From: Bacteroidota bacterium | GTDB taxonomy: Bacteria > Bacteroidota > Bacteroidia > Bacteroidales > DTGW01 | Assembly (NCBI GenBank): GCA_029550865.1 | Contig: JAKPGM010000075.1 | Location: forward strand, 952 to 64,951 | Length of the DNA stretch: 64,000 nucleotides | Direction: 5' to 3' | Part shown: one piece after another, positions 28,677 to 38,809 of the stretch | Position numbering within the stretch: position 1 is the stretch's first letter | Layout of the letters: each line of letters opens with the position of its first letter | Translations under genes and position numbers: made by a program | The notes under the pieces: generated by a model | What the model was told of the DNA's origin: nothing | The model's input: only the letters and a program-made list of their open reading frames with translations | Database searches by the model: none

Positions 28677-30305
28677 TTACATTATCTTGATAATCAATTG
28701 TTGGCCTGGTACTATATGGGCATTGGGAGGTAAGTTGTTCCATTCGCGAAGATCCTTAAGGGTAATCCCTGGATATTTACGAGCAATTTCCCATAGGGTA
28801 TCTCCCTGTTTTACAGTATAATATACAATGTTGCTATTGCTGTTTGCTATTTTTTCGTTAGTTTTGTTTGATACAGTTGGTTTAATTTCTTTTTTGTTAT
28901 TTTCTTCCCCAGCTTTTACCTTACTAATATTGCCATTTTTTAGCTGTTGTTTTTCTTCAAGGCTCAAAAGATCAATTTTTCGGTAGTAGGTGGCTTTACT
29001 TGCAGGAACCAGTAGGTGTAGTTTCTGGCCAATTCTAATGCGGGAGCTATACAGTTCGTTCCAGTCGAGTATGTCATTTACACGGCAATCGAACCAGTCG
29101 GCAATAAAACCCAAATTGTCTCCTTCTTTCACACGATAGGTAACGACCGCATAACCTTTGGGTGCCACAAACTTACCTCTTTTTTTATAGGCATATCGGG
29201 TGTAGTTAGGCTCTTTTAACATGTCAGTAGGGTTGAAGTATATCGAGTCTTTATAAGCAAAGATTTTATCCTGCTGATCGATAAACTTTGTTACGTAATC
29301 TGAAGGAAGAATTAAAGTGTAGCTTGCCCCCTTACCGGGAATAATATCGTGGATGTATTGTGGATTAAGATCGCGCAGCAAATCAATAGAGATGTTAAGT
29401 ACTTCGGCTATCTGCATAAGATGAAGGTCGTCGTGAATCACAATGGTATCAACCTTGATGGGAAATCCTGTTTGTTGGGGAATGATGTTGTGCTCGCGAT
29501 AATAGTTCATGGTGTAAACAGCTGCAATAAAAGCAGGTACATGCCCACGTGTTTCCCTGGGTAAATATGGGTAAATATCCCAGAAATTTCTTTTTCCACC
29601 CGATCGACGTATGGCACGAGATACATTGCCTGGACCGCAATTGTAAGCGGCAATTACCAATTGCCAATCTTTAAATACCTCATACAGGTCTTTTGAGAAC
29701 TGGGCTGCGGCATGGGTGGCTTTAATCGGATCCCTGCGTTCATCAACCAGCCCATTGATGGTAAGCCCATAGAGCTTGGCCGTACCGTACATAAATTGCC
29801 ATATCCCAACAGCTCGTGTACGTGACCTTGCCCGCGGATTCAATGCCGACTCAATTATCGACATGTACTTAAGTTCGTTGGGAACCCCATAATAGTCGAA
29901 AATGTCATCAAAAAGTGGAAAATAATATTGTGCCAGTCCAACCATCCGCTGTACCTTATCTTTCTTTCGCTGGGTATACATCTCAATATATCTTCGAACA
30001 ATCTGATTGTAGGTAAGAGGAACACCACTTTTTATTGCCTGTAGCCTGCTGATGTATACCGAATCGGGCAAATGTTGAACTAATGAGTCTTCGTCAGGAG
30101 TATCAATCAACATATCGTCGTTGTTCAAGGTATTGCCCTGTTGCATGTAATATAGATTGAGCAAACTATCTAAATTGTCTTCGAAAATGGGTTGTGTTTG
30201 TTCTACATCATCAAGATATAAGCTATCCTGTAAACCTACCGCACTTACCTGTGACAGACTGAAAATCAGTCCTACTAAAAACATGCCTATTTTGTGGTTC
30301 CTCAT
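28677..30305 (-). CDS. lytic murein transglycosylase with three LysM domains (MltD-like)
   Basis: SLT catalytic region ESALNPRARSRTRAVGIWQFMYGTAK...AAYNCGPGNV. C-terminal LysM repeats (YRVKEGDNLGFIADWF; YTVKQGDTLWEIARKY). Confidence 0.88.
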   Translation of the reverse strand: MRNHKIGMFLVGLIFSLSQVSAVGLQDSLYLDDVEQTQPIFEDNLDSLLNLYYMQQGNTLNNDDMLIDTPDEDSLVQHLPDSVYISRLQAIKSGVPLTYNQIVRRYIEMYTQRKKDKVQRMVGLAQYYFPLFDDIFDYYGVPNELKYMSIIESALNPRARSRTRAVGIWQFMYGTAKLYGLTINGLVDERRDPIKATHAAAQFSKDLYEVFKDWQLVIAAYNCGPGNVSRAIRRSGGKRNFWDIYPYLPRETRGHVPAFIAAVYTMNYYREHNIIPQQTGFPIKVDTIVIHDDLHLMQIAEVLNISIDLLRDLNPQYIHDIIPGKGASYTLILPSDYVTKFIDQQDKIFAYKDSIYFNPTDMLKEPNYTRYAYKKRGKFVAPKGYAVVTYRVKEGDNLGFIADWFDCRVNDILDWNELYSSRIRIGQKLHLLVPASKATYYRKIDLLSLEEKQQLKNGNISKVKAGEENNKKEIKPTVSNKTNEKIANSNSNIVYYTVKQGDTLWEIARKYPGITLKDLREWNNLPPNAHIVPGQQLIIKIM

Positions 30306-30447
30306 GCCTGAAATGGTTATATCATTTTGTTGGTAAAAATAATATTTTTATCAATGAATGCAAGCATTTCTCCCTTTCCATTCCTCGTTTTTATTGACAA
30401 AAATAAATATTTTATCAACAAATTTATTAATAATCAGATATTTAAAA

Positions 30448-31005
30448 TTAAAATCTAAAGGAAACCTTGATTCCGGTTGTGCCCTGTGGTGAAAATGGTT
30501 CTAAAACCGGAGTAATACGCAGGGAAAGATCGGGACTGATGTTATAATCATAAAGGTAAGCATCTACTGTGGCATCCACAATATTGGCCAGATACAAACC
30601 AACGATTCCAAGTACCAACAGATCGCGATTTCGCCTCCAATAATTCATATAGTACAAAATTCGCTCTTCTGAAGCATATCTGAATTTTGGGTCGACAGGA
30701 TTATTGGGGTCGTTTGCAATTTTTCGCAGGTAGTTGTCCTTGTATTCGTGATATTTGTTGTTGTTGAAATTGTAATAGTAAACCAGAACAGCAGCTCCAG
30801 TATAAATTATGGGGACCTTCCATGCCTTTCCATTATATACCTGACCCATTCCGGGTAAAACAGCTGAGTAGAAAGATGCTTTGCGAGGGGATTTTTTATC
30901 ACTTGATAAATAAAACAGGGAATCGCTCCTTAATTGAGCCATTCCCTGTAAACTACCCATCAATAGAGTAAAATAAATCAAATAAATTTTTATGCGAGAC
31001 AACAT
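30448..31005 (-). CDS. DUF5683 domain-containing protein
   Basis: SAVLPGMGQVYNGKAWKVPIIY motif. Sits immediately downstream of parB, as is usual in Bacteroidota. Confidence 0.75.
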   Translation of the reverse strand: MLSRIKIYLIYFTLLMGSLQGMAQLRSDSLFYLSSDKKSPRKASFYSAVLPGMGQVYNGKAWKVPIIYTGAAVLVYYYNFNNNKYHEYKDNYLRKIANDPNNPVDPKFRYASEERILYYMNYWRRNRDLLVLGIVGLYLANIVDATVDAYLYDYNISPDLSLRITPVLEPFSPQGTTGIKVSFRF

Positions 31006-31059
31006 TTTAATGGAACTCTTATCATATCTCTTTTACACCCTTTTGCCGATAAAGGGGAT

Positions 31060-31962
31060 TCAATCTTTTTTAGAGTCGAGCAGGGAGAGAATTTTTTCCA
31101 GCTCAGCATCATTCTTGAAGGTGATAATAATTTTACCCTCACCGTTGGGCTTGCGTTTAAATTCGACGTTACTGTTAAAAAATTGACTTAACTGAGCTTT
31201 TAGTTCGGCGTATTCTGTTGGTTGACTTTGCGCTTCTTTTGCTTTTGTTTTGAGTTCAATAGGCTCAATAGCTTCGGCAGGCTGATTGATTACCCTAACC
31301 ATCTCTTCAACTTCTCGGACCGAGAGCTGCTTTTCGATGATCTGATGGTACACCTCAATCATTTGCTCAACATCATCAATAGCTAATAGCGCTTTGGCAT
31401 GTCCCATCGAGATTTTTTCTTCCCGAATGCCTGCCTGAATTTCGGGGGGTAGTTTCAGCAATCGCAGGTAGTTAGCTACTGTTGCACGTTTTTTACCCAC
31501 CCGTTCGCTAAGCGTCTCCTGGGTTAAATTACACTCATCGATGAGTCTTTGGTAGCTAATAGCAATTTCAATTGGGTTGAGGTCGGTACGCTGAATATTT
31601 TCGACCAAAGCCATCTCGAGCATGCCCTGGTCGTTGGTGGTGATGAGAAATGCGGGTACTGTTCTAAGTCCGGCTATCTTTGCAGCGCGCAAACGGCGTT
31701 CGCCAGCTATAATTTGAAAACGGCCATTGTCGAGTTTCCTTAGAGTTAGAGGTTGTATAATCCCCAATTGCCGTATGGAGGCTGCTAATTCTTCCAGTGC
31801 CTCTTCATCAAAATCCTGCCGTGGCTGAAAAGGATTAACATCAATAAGGTCGATGCTAACCTCATTACTTGCCTCAACTGCCTGTACTATTTCTTTGGGA
31901 AGTATGGCATCATCAATCAAAGCCCCCAGCCCCCTTCCCAGTGCATTTTTTTTAGCGTTCAT
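31060..31962 (-). CDS. parB: chromosome partitioning protein ParB
   Basis: ParB box GLGRGLGALI, QPRQDFDEEALEELAASI, and IAGERRLRAAK. Confidence 0.93.
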   Translation of the reverse strand: MNAKKNALGRGLGALIDDAILPKEIVQAVEASNEVSIDLIDVNPFQPRQDFDEEALEELAASIRQLGIIQPLTLRKLDNGRFQIIAGERRLRAAKIAGLRTVPAFLITTNDQGMLEMALVENIQRTDLNPIEIAISYQRLIDECNLTQETLSERVGKKRATVANYLRLLKLPPEIQAGIREEKISMGHAKALLAIDDVEQMIEVYHQIIEKQLSVREVEEMVRVINQPAEAIEPIELKTKAKEAQSQPTEYAELKAQLSQFFNSNVEFKRKPNGEGKIIITFKNDAELEKILSLLDSKKD

Positions 31963-31983
31963 ATAATTCCAATAGGTTTAGAG

Positions 31984-32760
31984 CTATAGTTGTGCGGTTT
32001 CGTTTTTCTGCATGATTTCCCTCGCCAGATTCATGTAATTGATCGTTCCTTTCGATTCAGCATCGTAAAGTACGCAAGGTTTTCCATAACTGGGTGATTC
32101 GCTGAGTTTAATATTTCGCTGAATGATGGTTTCGAATACCATCTGCTGAAAATGTTTTTTTACCTCATCGACTACCTGATTGGATAATCGAAGACGTGGA
32201 TCGTACATGGTAAGCAGAAAACCTTCAATCTCTAAATCAGGGTTCAGACGGCTTTGAATTAATTTGATGGTTGAGAGCAATTTTCCTATCCCTTCTAGGG
32301 CAAAATATTCGCATTGTACCGGAATAATTACCGAGTGAGCAGCCGTAAGTGCATTCACCGTAATCAATCCCAGTGAAGGCGAGCAGTCGATTAATATATA
32401 ATCGTAGGGCTGTGTAATTTTAGCAATCACTTGCTTTAGTACTTTTTCACGGTTGGGATGGTTCAGCATTTCTATCTCAGCTCCCACCAGGTCGATGTGC
32501 GAGGGGATTAGGTCGAACCCTTTAATTTCTGTTTGCATGATAAGCTCATTGGGGTCGGCTTTATCAATGAAGCACTCGTAAATACTTCGCTGAATGCTTC
32601 GGGTATCAAAACCCGAACCCGATGTTGCATTTGCCTGTGGATCGGCGTCGATCAAAAGTACCTTTCTTTCCAATACAGCAAAACTTGCTGCCAGGTTAAT
32701 TGCTGTGGTAGTTTTTCCTACCCCGCCCTTTTGATTTGCAATTGAAATAATTCTGGCCAT
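31984..32760 (-). CDS. parA: chromosome partitioning ATPase ParA/Soj
   Basis: Deviant Walker A ANQKGGVGKTTTAINLA, plus LLIDADPQANAT. Confidence 0.93.
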   Translation of the reverse strand: MARIISIANQKGGVGKTTTAINLAASFAVLERKVLLIDADPQANATSGSGFDTRSIQRSIYECFIDKADPNELIMQTEIKGFDLIPSHIDLVGAEIEMLNHPNREKVLKQVIAKITQPYDYILIDCSPSLGLITVNALTAAHSVIIPVQCEYFALEGIGKLLSTIKLIQSRLNPDLEIEGFLLTMYDPRLRLSNQVVDEVKKHFQQMVFETIIQRNIKLSESPSYGKPCVLYDAESKGTINYMNLAREIMQKNETAQL

Positions 32761-32917
32761 GGGTGCGTTTTTTTACATTTTGCAACTTCCTGAAGGAAAA
32801 TGAACTTGTTATTAAGTTTGCATTTTTCATCAGTCATGCAAATGTAAAACTAAAAAAAGATTTTCGACAGTTGGAATAAAAAATCTTTTCCTGAAATTAT
32901 TTATTTATAAATCAATA

Positions 32918-33382
32918 TTATAACACAGGAAGTTGTCGTACAAAGCTCTCTTCCAGGCATATAAAAGTTTCGGTACGTGCAATACCCCGTATTGACTGAA
33001 TCTTGTCGGCAAGGATCTCTTTCAAATGCAGATTATCTCGGGTGTATACCTTAACAAAAATAGAATAATTGCCAGTGGTATAATCGCATTGGACTATCTC
33101 AGGAATATCTTTTAGCTGAGCTACAACCTCTTTATATAATCCCGCTTTTTCCAGATATATGCCAATATAGGCGCAGGTATTAAATCCCAACTTTTTCGGA
33201 TCTACTACAAATTCCGAACCCGTAATCACCCCAAGACGCATAAGTCGTTGTACACGTTGATGAATTGCTGCCCCCGACACCCCACATTCTCGGGCAACTT
33301 CCAAAAATGGAATTCGTGCATTTCCCTGAATTATTGACAAAATTTTTTTGTCAAGGCTATCAATTTGAATTTGTTCTTCCAT
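32918..33382 (-). CDS. Lrp/AsnC-family transcriptional regulator
   Basis: LDKKILSIIQGNARIPFLEVARECGVSGAAIHQRVQRL HTH plus a RAM-like C-terminus. Divergent from asnB. Confidence 0.88.
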   Translation of the reverse strand: MEEQIQIDSLDKKILSIIQGNARIPFLEVARECGVSGAAIHQRVQRLMRLGVITGSEFVVDPKKLGFNTCAYIGIYLEKAGLYKEVVAQLKDIPEIVQCDYTTGNYSIFVKVYTRDNLHLKEILADKIQSIRGIARTETFICLEESFVRQLPVL

Positions 33383-33551
33383 GGTAAAATTTTTTAAATT
33401 GTTTTGAAATTTTGTTATTTAATTAAAAATATTAAATAATTTTGCTGATAAAATTAAAAAATAATACTTTTGTTTTGTTTTTGATAATAAAAAAAAGCTA
33501 AAATTATAGTTGGTTAATTAACATGATTACAAATTTAAATTTTTCTTTCAT

Positions 33552-35162
33552 ATGTGTGGTATTTTAGCAGTAATAGGAAAAAAGGACCCTGAAGTTGTGA
33601 GGCAGATGTCGAAAAGAATGAAACATAGAGGTCCGGATGAGAGTGGCTTTCTTCAATTGCCCAATGGATATATTTTGAGCCATGAACGTTTATCGATCAT
33701 GGATTTAAATACCGGTAGGCAGCCGATACGTGGGACAAACAATGCTTACGTTATTCACAATGGTGAGATATACAATTACATGCATTTACGGCGTACCAAG
33801 CTGGCCGATCACCATTTTCGAACCACCTGCGACAGCGAGGTAATAGTTCATCTGTATGAGAAATATGGATATGATTTTTGCAATGAACTTGATGGTGACT
33901 GGGCTTTTGTGGTGGTCGATGGCGATAAATTTATGGCAGCACGCGACCCTATTGGGGTTAAACCATTCTATTATGGTAAGGATGCCAATGGTAATATCTA
34001 TTTTTCGTCGGAATTAAAGGCCATTGAAGACCAGTGTACCTGGTTTGAAGCTTTTCCTCCGGGGCATTATTACACGGGCGAAACGGGATTGGTGAAGTAT
34101 TACAAGCCTAAATATCACGATTATACCCAATGTACCGACCCGGCCGATTTGAAAAAATTGCGTGAGTTTCTTACTGAAGCTACTCGTAAGCGTTTGATGA
34201 GTGATGTACCACTGGGCGTATTGCTTTCGGGTGGGCTCGATTCAAGCCTCATTTCTTCCATTACTAAACGCCTGTTGCGTGGTACCAAGCAGGAGCTTCA
34301 CTCTTTTTCGGTGGGACTCAATCCCGATGTGCCAGATATGAAAGCCGCCCGACGAGTAGCCGAATTTATTGGAACCACGCATCATGAGGTTACCTATACG
34401 ATCGAGGAAGGTATTGCCGCTATTGAGAAAATAATCTGGCACCTCGAATCGTACGATGTGACTACCGTTCGGGCTTCAACACCTATGTATTTTCTGGCTC
34501 GCTACATTACGCAGCATGGTTTTAAGGTAGTACTCTCGGGCGAAGGCGCTGATGAAGTGTTTGGAGGCTATCTGTATTTCCATAATGCCCCTTCCGATGA
34601 GGAATTTACCCAGGAAACTATCCGACGGGTAGGCTTGCTCTCCACTGCCGACTGTTTGCGTGCCGATAAATCGACTATGGCTTTTGGCCTGGAGGTTCGG
34701 GTACCTTTCCTCGATAGGTATTTCCTCGATGTGGCAATGAATATTCGTGGTGCCGATAAACGTCCTGATAGAACGAAGGGTAAACCCGAAAAATATATCC
34801 TACGCGCTGCTTTTGACGACCCTAATGACCCCTACCTGCCCCATGATATACTCTGGCGACAAAAAGAACAATTTTCCGATGGAGTAGGGTATAGCTGGAT
34901 TGACTCGTTGGTGGAGTTTTGCAATAGGCAGGTATCGGACGAGGAATTTGCAAAGGCTGCCGAACGATTCCCGTATAACACTCCTACCACTAAGGAGGCT
35001 TACTATTATCGTACAATATTCGAAAAATACTATCCATCCGAGTCGGCAATCAAATCGGTGTATAAATGGATTCCTCGCTGGCAAAAAAATACCGACCCAT
35101 CGGGACGTGCCAATGAGGTGCACCAGCAAAGTGTTGAAAAAACAAAGGCAAAACAAGTATAG
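33552..35162 (+). CDS. asnB: asparagine synthase (glutamine-hydrolysing)
   Basis: N-terminal MCGI nucleophile and PP-loop LLSGGLDSS. Confidence 0.92.
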   Translation: MCGILAVIGKKDPEVVRQMSKRMKHRGPDESGFLQLPNGYILSHERLSIMDLNTGRQPIRGTNNAYVIHNGEIYNYMHLRRTKLADHHFRTTCDSEVIVHLYEKYGYDFCNELDGDWAFVVVDGDKFMAARDPIGVKPFYYGKDANGNIYFSSELKAIEDQCTWFEAFPPGHYYTGETGLVKYYKPKYHDYTQCTDPADLKKLREFLTEATRKRLMSDVPLGVLLSGGLDSSLISSITKRLLRGTKQELHSFSVGLNPDVPDMKAARRVAEFIGTTHHEVTYTIEEGIAAIEKIIWHLESYDVTTVRASTPMYFLARYITQHGFKVVLSGEGADEVFGGYLYFHNAPSDEEFTQETIRRVGLLSTADCLRADKSTMAFGLEVRVPFLDRYFLDVAMNIRGADKRPDRTKGKPEKYILRAAFDDPNDPYLPHDILWRQKEQFSDGVGYSWIDSLVEFCNRQVSDEEFAKAAERFPYNTPTTKEAYYYRTIFEKYYPSESAIKSVYKWIPRWQKNTDPSGRANEVHQQSVEKTKAKQV

Positions 35163-35240
35163 TTATTTCCTCCTTTTCTTGTTAACCGGTAGTGTCTTTT
35201 TGGGCCTGCCGGTTTTTTTATTAATTTTAGAATATATTGA

Positions 35241-35281
35241 ACAAAAAATACCCCCGGGGTTATAAAACACCAGGGGTATTT
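35241..35281 (-). terminator. probable rho-independent terminator after the GH51 gene
   Basis: 9-bp stem AAATACCCC/GGGGTATTT around an 18-nt loop. The minus-strand 3' side continues TTTTTTGTT. Confidence 0.45.
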
Positions 35282-35311
35282 GTGCGTTTGGTTAAAAAAT
35301 ATTATGGTAGA

Positions 35312-37348
35312 TCATGGACAATTTAGTGATGAACTGCTGATGGGACGTTTTTCGCCTCCAGGAGCGGCCATTAATACGTTAAGTCCCCAACCGCCACCTG
35401 CCTGGAAAAATTCGACTCGAATGGTATGATATCCTTTCTTGAGGAATGTACTTCCCGTTCTTTCAATCATTCCATGAAGGCCATCGTTGATAGCTACCGA
35501 TTCACCATCAATTTCGATGCGGGATCCATCGTCGGAAATGATTGAAAACTCATATATTCCATCTTGATCGACTTTCAAATATCCTTCATATACTACACCA
35601 ACGTTGGTGGCGGGCATATTTTCAGGCAGTACGATTTCTTTAATTACTCCTGAACGAACAGGGGTAAGCGAATTGAAATCGGGCAACTTGTTCCACTGCC
35701 CTTCATATATTTTGTACTGTAGTCCCTGTTGAAGCTTTTGAGGAGGTGTGACGGCTTTTCTACCCTCAAAAGTTCCTTCCACCTGTAGTAATACCACCGA
35801 ATGAGCAGGGATTTTAGCTTCGATATTACCGTTTTTCAGCGATGCCTGTTTGAAATCAGTAATTTTCACCACATTGGGATTATCAAAAGTATTGTGGGCA
35901 TTTAAAGCATCGGCGGTAATTATTTTTCCGCTAATTGAGGTAGCCTTAAAACCTTTGAGGTTACACAGCAGCGGTTGCATCTGCTTTGCGTCGGTGTTGC
36001 AGATGGTAATATTCAGGGTACCATTGGCATCGATAGAGGCCGACATGTTTAATGCCGGGATGCTACTGTTGCCGAAGGTATAGGAATTAGTTTTCAGGTC
36101 AATGGGTACCATTAATGCATCGTGATGAACCTTATAAAGGTCAAATACATGGTAAGTAGGGGTAAGTACCATTTTTTCGTTATCGGTAAGGATGAGAGAC
36201 TGCAATACGTTGACCAACTGTGCTACTGCGGCCATTTTTACGCGATCGCAGTGGTTGTTAAAAATATTCAGGTTTATTCCAGCAATGAGAGCATCACGTA
36301 AGGTATTTTGCTGATACAGAAAAGCAGGATTGGTTCCTGGTTCGACGTTATACCAGGCACCCCACTCATCTACCACCAGGGCAACAGATTTTGAGGGATC
36401 GTATTTGTCCATTACGGCAGCATGTTTGGTTACATACTCTTCCATCCGCATGGTGCGTTGCAGCATGCCAAACCATTTGGATTCATCGAAGTTGGTAGCT
36501 GTTTCGTTGTTCCCCCAGGTGTAGGAATGTAGCGAGAGTCCCCAAATACTGGTGCTCATTTGTTTCATTATTACTTCGGTCCAGTAGTAGTTGTCGTCGC
36601 TTGGACCTACAGCAATTTTATTCAGCGTGTTCTTGCCATAGTTGCGTAAAAAGGTTGCATATTGCATGGCCACATCGGCATAGTACTCGGGACGCATGTT
36701 TCCTCCGCATCCCCACGATTCGTTGCCGAGCCCCCAGAATTTAACCCCCCACGATTTGTCGCGGCCATTTTGTTTACGTAGTTCGGTCATGGGGCTCACG
36801 TTGTCGGAGTTAAGATACTCAACCCATTGCGACATTTCCTGCACGGTGCCGCTGCCCAGATTCCCACTGATGTATGGTTCGGCGCCTACCTGTTGGCAAA
36901 AATCGAGAAATTCGTGAGTTCCAAAGCTATTGTCTTCGGTTACTCCACCCCAGTTGGTATTGATCATGGTTGGACGTTGGTTGCGAGGACCAATACCATC
37001 TTTCCAATGATATTCATCGGCAAAACATCCTCCCGGCCAGCGTATTACCGGCGCTTTTATGCGCTTTAGTGCTTCTACTACGTCGGTACGAATCCCATTC
37101 TTGTTGGGAATTGTTGAGTTTTCACCCACCCATATTCCCCCATAGATGCAGTGCCCCAGATGCTCGGTGAAATGTCCATAAATGTATTTGCTAATACGGT
37201 ACTTTGCCTGTGTGGCATCGAGCGTGGCTGTATTTACCTCCTGGCTAATCCCCTGTGTAGCGTTAAATATGCCGGCTACAACAATACCAATGCCGATGAG
37301 CACTTGTGCCCATCTGTTTTTAGTGAATGTTTTACTACTTATTTTCAT
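35312..37348 (-). CDS. GH51 alpha-L-arabinofuranosidase with C-terminal PA14 domain
   Basis: GH51-like catalytic region ([24 protein letters not shown] acid/base context, VDEWGAWY nucleophile context). C-terminal PA14-like [32 protein letters not shown]. Confidence 0.8.
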   Translation of the reverse strand: MKISSKTFTKNRWAQVLIGIGIVVAGIFNATQGISQEVNTATLDATQAKYRISKYIYGHFTEHLGHCIYGGIWVGENSTIPNKNGIRTDVVEALKRIKAPVIRWPGGCFADEYHWKDGIGPRNQRPTMINTNWGGVTEDNSFGTHEFLDFCQQVGAEPYISGNLGSGTVQEMSQWVEYLNSDNVSPMTELRKQNGRDKSWGVKFWGLGNESWGCGGNMRPEYYADVAMQYATFLRNYGKNTLNKIAVGPSDDNYYWTEVIMKQMSTSIWGLSLHSYTWGNNETATNFDESKWFGMLQRTMRMEEYVTKHAAVMDKYDPSKSVALVVDEWGAWYNVEPGTNPAFLYQQNTLRDALIAGINLNIFNNHCDRVKMAAVAQLVNVLQSLILTDNEKMVLTPTYHVFDLYKVHHDALMVPIDLKTNSYTFGNSSIPALNMSASIDANGTLNITICNTDAKQMQPLLCNLKGFKATSISGKIITADALNAHNTFDNPNVVKITDFKQASLKNGNIEAKIPAHSVVLLQVEGTFEGRKAVTPPQKLQQGLQYKIYEGQWNKLPDFNSLTPVRSGVIKEIVLPENMPATNVGVVYEGYLKVDQDGIYEFSIISDDGSRIEIDGESVAINDGLHGMIERTGSTFLKKGYHTIRVEFFQAGGGWGLNVLMAAPGGEKRPISSSSLNCP

Positions 37349-37536
37349 GGCTAAGTTTTTAAGTGTATTTGGTACAATTATATTGATTTTTACAAAATTT
37401 CGCTAAAATTTCATGCACTAAGCTTTGAAGATAGGTAAAACGGATCATCAATTATCATGTAATCAATAGCTTATAGTATGTATAAATTTAGAATTAATTT
37501 TTTTGATAAAGGTTAGAAAAATGGAAAATTTAAAAA

Positions 37537-37544
37537 TATATTTG
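37537..37544 (+). promoter_or_regulatory. candidate -7 promoter element TATATTTG
   Basis: 28 nt upstream of ATG 37573. Confidence 0.4.
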
Positions 37545-37572
37545 CGTACTTAAATACTTAAATAGAAATTTT

Positions 37573-38805
37573 ATGAGTGAATACATTAATAATTCGGCGA
37601 AGCGTAAGGAGTTGCTAAAGCATATGTTGCTTCAATTGCATCAGGGTGAGGCGCCTGAACAGGTAAAGGGACGATTGAAAGCTATACTACCATCGATACC
37701 TTACAATGAAGTAGTAGAGGTGGAACAGCAGCTCATTGCTGAGGGAATACCGGTGGAGGATATCTTACAGCTTTGTGATGTACATACTCAGGTCCTGGAG
37801 GGTAGCATCGATACCAGCATGGCCAGAGAAATACCTGCAGGCCATCCGGTGGATATTTTTAAACAGGAGAACAGGGCACTGGAAAAGGAACTGGCAAGCC
37901 TGAATGCTTTAGTTGATACGGTGTTAAATAGGCGTTCGACCAACTGGGAGGCAGTTATCCTGCAGATACGGGCTACGTTGAATAACCTGTCGGATGTTGA
38001 AAAACATTATCTAAAGAAAGAGCATCTGCTTTTTCCTTTCATGGAAAGGCATGGACTTACTGGTCCGCCCAAAGTAATGTGGGGGAAGCACGATGAGGTG
38101 CGTCGTTTGTTAAAAACAGCTCGGGAAGCATTGATAGTTGAGGGAAAGGTAGAGCATGAAGAGCTTGCTGTATTGATGCAAGTGGCAGTTCGACCAGTTA
38201 TTGTTGCTATTGAGGAAATGATTATGAAGGAGGAGGAGATACTTTTTCCCATGTGTATGGATACCCTTACTGAAGAGGAATGGTATGAGATATACCGTCA
38301 GATTCCCGAGATTGGATATTGTTTATATGATCCTCCAGTAGCCTGGCGTCCCCAAGGGATCGTGGTTGATGAGCATCGGGGGATTACGACCGATAAAATT
38401 ATGTTGAGTACGGGTGCGTTGCGGGTAGAGGAGCTGGAAGCTATCCTTAGCACACTGCCCATTGATATAACTTTTGTTGATAGTGACGACAAGGTAAAGT
38501 TTTTTTCCAATTCGGCCGATCGAGTTTTCCCGCGTACCAGGGCAATACTGGGTAGGGATGTACGCCTTTGTCACCCTCCAGGAAGTGTGCATGTAGTAGA
38601 GCAGATTCTTTCCGATTTTAAATCGGGGCGCCATAATAGCGCCGCTTTCTGGATTAATTTTCAGGGAAGATTTGTTTACATCGAATATTTTGCGGTTAGG
38701 GACAAGGGGGGGAAATATCTGGGAACACTTGAATTTACCCAGGATGCAACGCATATACGTTCGTTGGAAGGTGAACGAAGAATTTTAAGTTATGAAAAAC
38801 CATGA
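37573..38805 (+). CDS. DUF438 domain protein (hemerythrin-like + C-terminal PAS)
   Basis: N-terminal DUF438 pattern RKELLKHMLLQLHQGEAPEQVK, hemerythrin-like HPVDIFKQENRALE / KKEHLLFPFMERHG, and C-terminal PAS LPIDITFVDSDDKVKFFS...RLCHPP. Confidence 0.75.
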   Translation: MSEYINNSAKRKELLKHMLLQLHQGEAPEQVKGRLKAILPSIPYNEVVEVEQQLIAEGIPVEDILQLCDVHTQVLEGSIDTSMAREIPAGHPVDIFKQENRALEKELASLNALVDTVLNRRSTNWEAVILQIRATLNNLSDVEKHYLKKEHLLFPFMERHGLTGPPKVMWGKHDEVRRLLKTAREALIVEGKVEHEELAVLMQVAVRPVIVAIEEMIMKEEEILFPMCMDTLTEEEWYEIYRQIPEIGYCLYDPPVAWRPQGIVVDEHRGITTDKIMLSTGALRVEELEAILSTLPIDITFVDSDDKVKFFSNSADRVFPRTRAILGRDVRLCHPPGSVHVVEQILSDFKSGRHNSAAFWINFQGRFVYIEYFAVRDKGGKYLGTLEFTQDATHIRSLEGERRILSYEKP

Positions 38806-38809
38806 AGTT

